Below, piece by piece: positions 63,974-64,000 of a stretch of 64,000 nucleotides of DNA; the first letter of the stretch is position 1, and each line of letters starts with the position of its first letter. Source of the DNA: Zygnema circumcarinatum SAG 698-1b. Taxonomy: Eukaryota; Plantae; Zygnematophyceae. Below the pieces are notes generated by a model that did no database searches, was not told the origin of the DNA, and saw only the letters and a program-made list of their open reading frames with translations. Location: assembly GCA_037447605.1 (NCBI GenBank), contig CM074809.1, forward strand, positions 548,689 through 612,688, given 5' to 3'. The translations under genes were made by a program, and so were the position numbers.

Positions 63974-64000
63974 GTGAGGAGGGGGCATGCATGCATGCAT

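Overview
Eukaryotic, intron-rich nuclear DNA with long CT/GA microsatellites and six 10-N gaps. Gene content suggests a streptophyte green alga, possibly Closterium-like (inference only). The left ~34 kb carries mostly ordinary genes: an LRR receptor kinase, a class I/II aminotransferase, an IPT/TIG-domain gene, a small membrane protein, a chalcone-isomerase-fold protein, a UBA2-like two-RRM protein, a one-RRM protein, a PSME3IP1/FAM192A homolog and a CBS-domain protein. The 36.8-58.6 kb region is the highlight: a minus-strand cluster of probably secreted modular proteins. Copy 1 reads hevein x2 - Pro linker - ricin-B lectin - papain (C1A) protease - EGF x2 - LysM x4, across 17 phase-compatible exons. 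Copy 2 has lost the hevein modules and has an extra intron at a CAG|GT site inside the protease. Copy 3 is a 106-aa signal peptide plus terminal LysM-like mini-gene sharing copy 2's 5' region. Also present: a foldback-like element in two copies, two solo LTRs with 5-bp TSDs, three MITE-like inserts, a dispersed repeat with a synonymously conserved ORF end, a copia remnant, an ATRX-like gene fragment, a 56-bp satellite with higher-order structure and a NudC-like gene running off the right edge. All domain calls come from motif recognition by eye; no searches were run.
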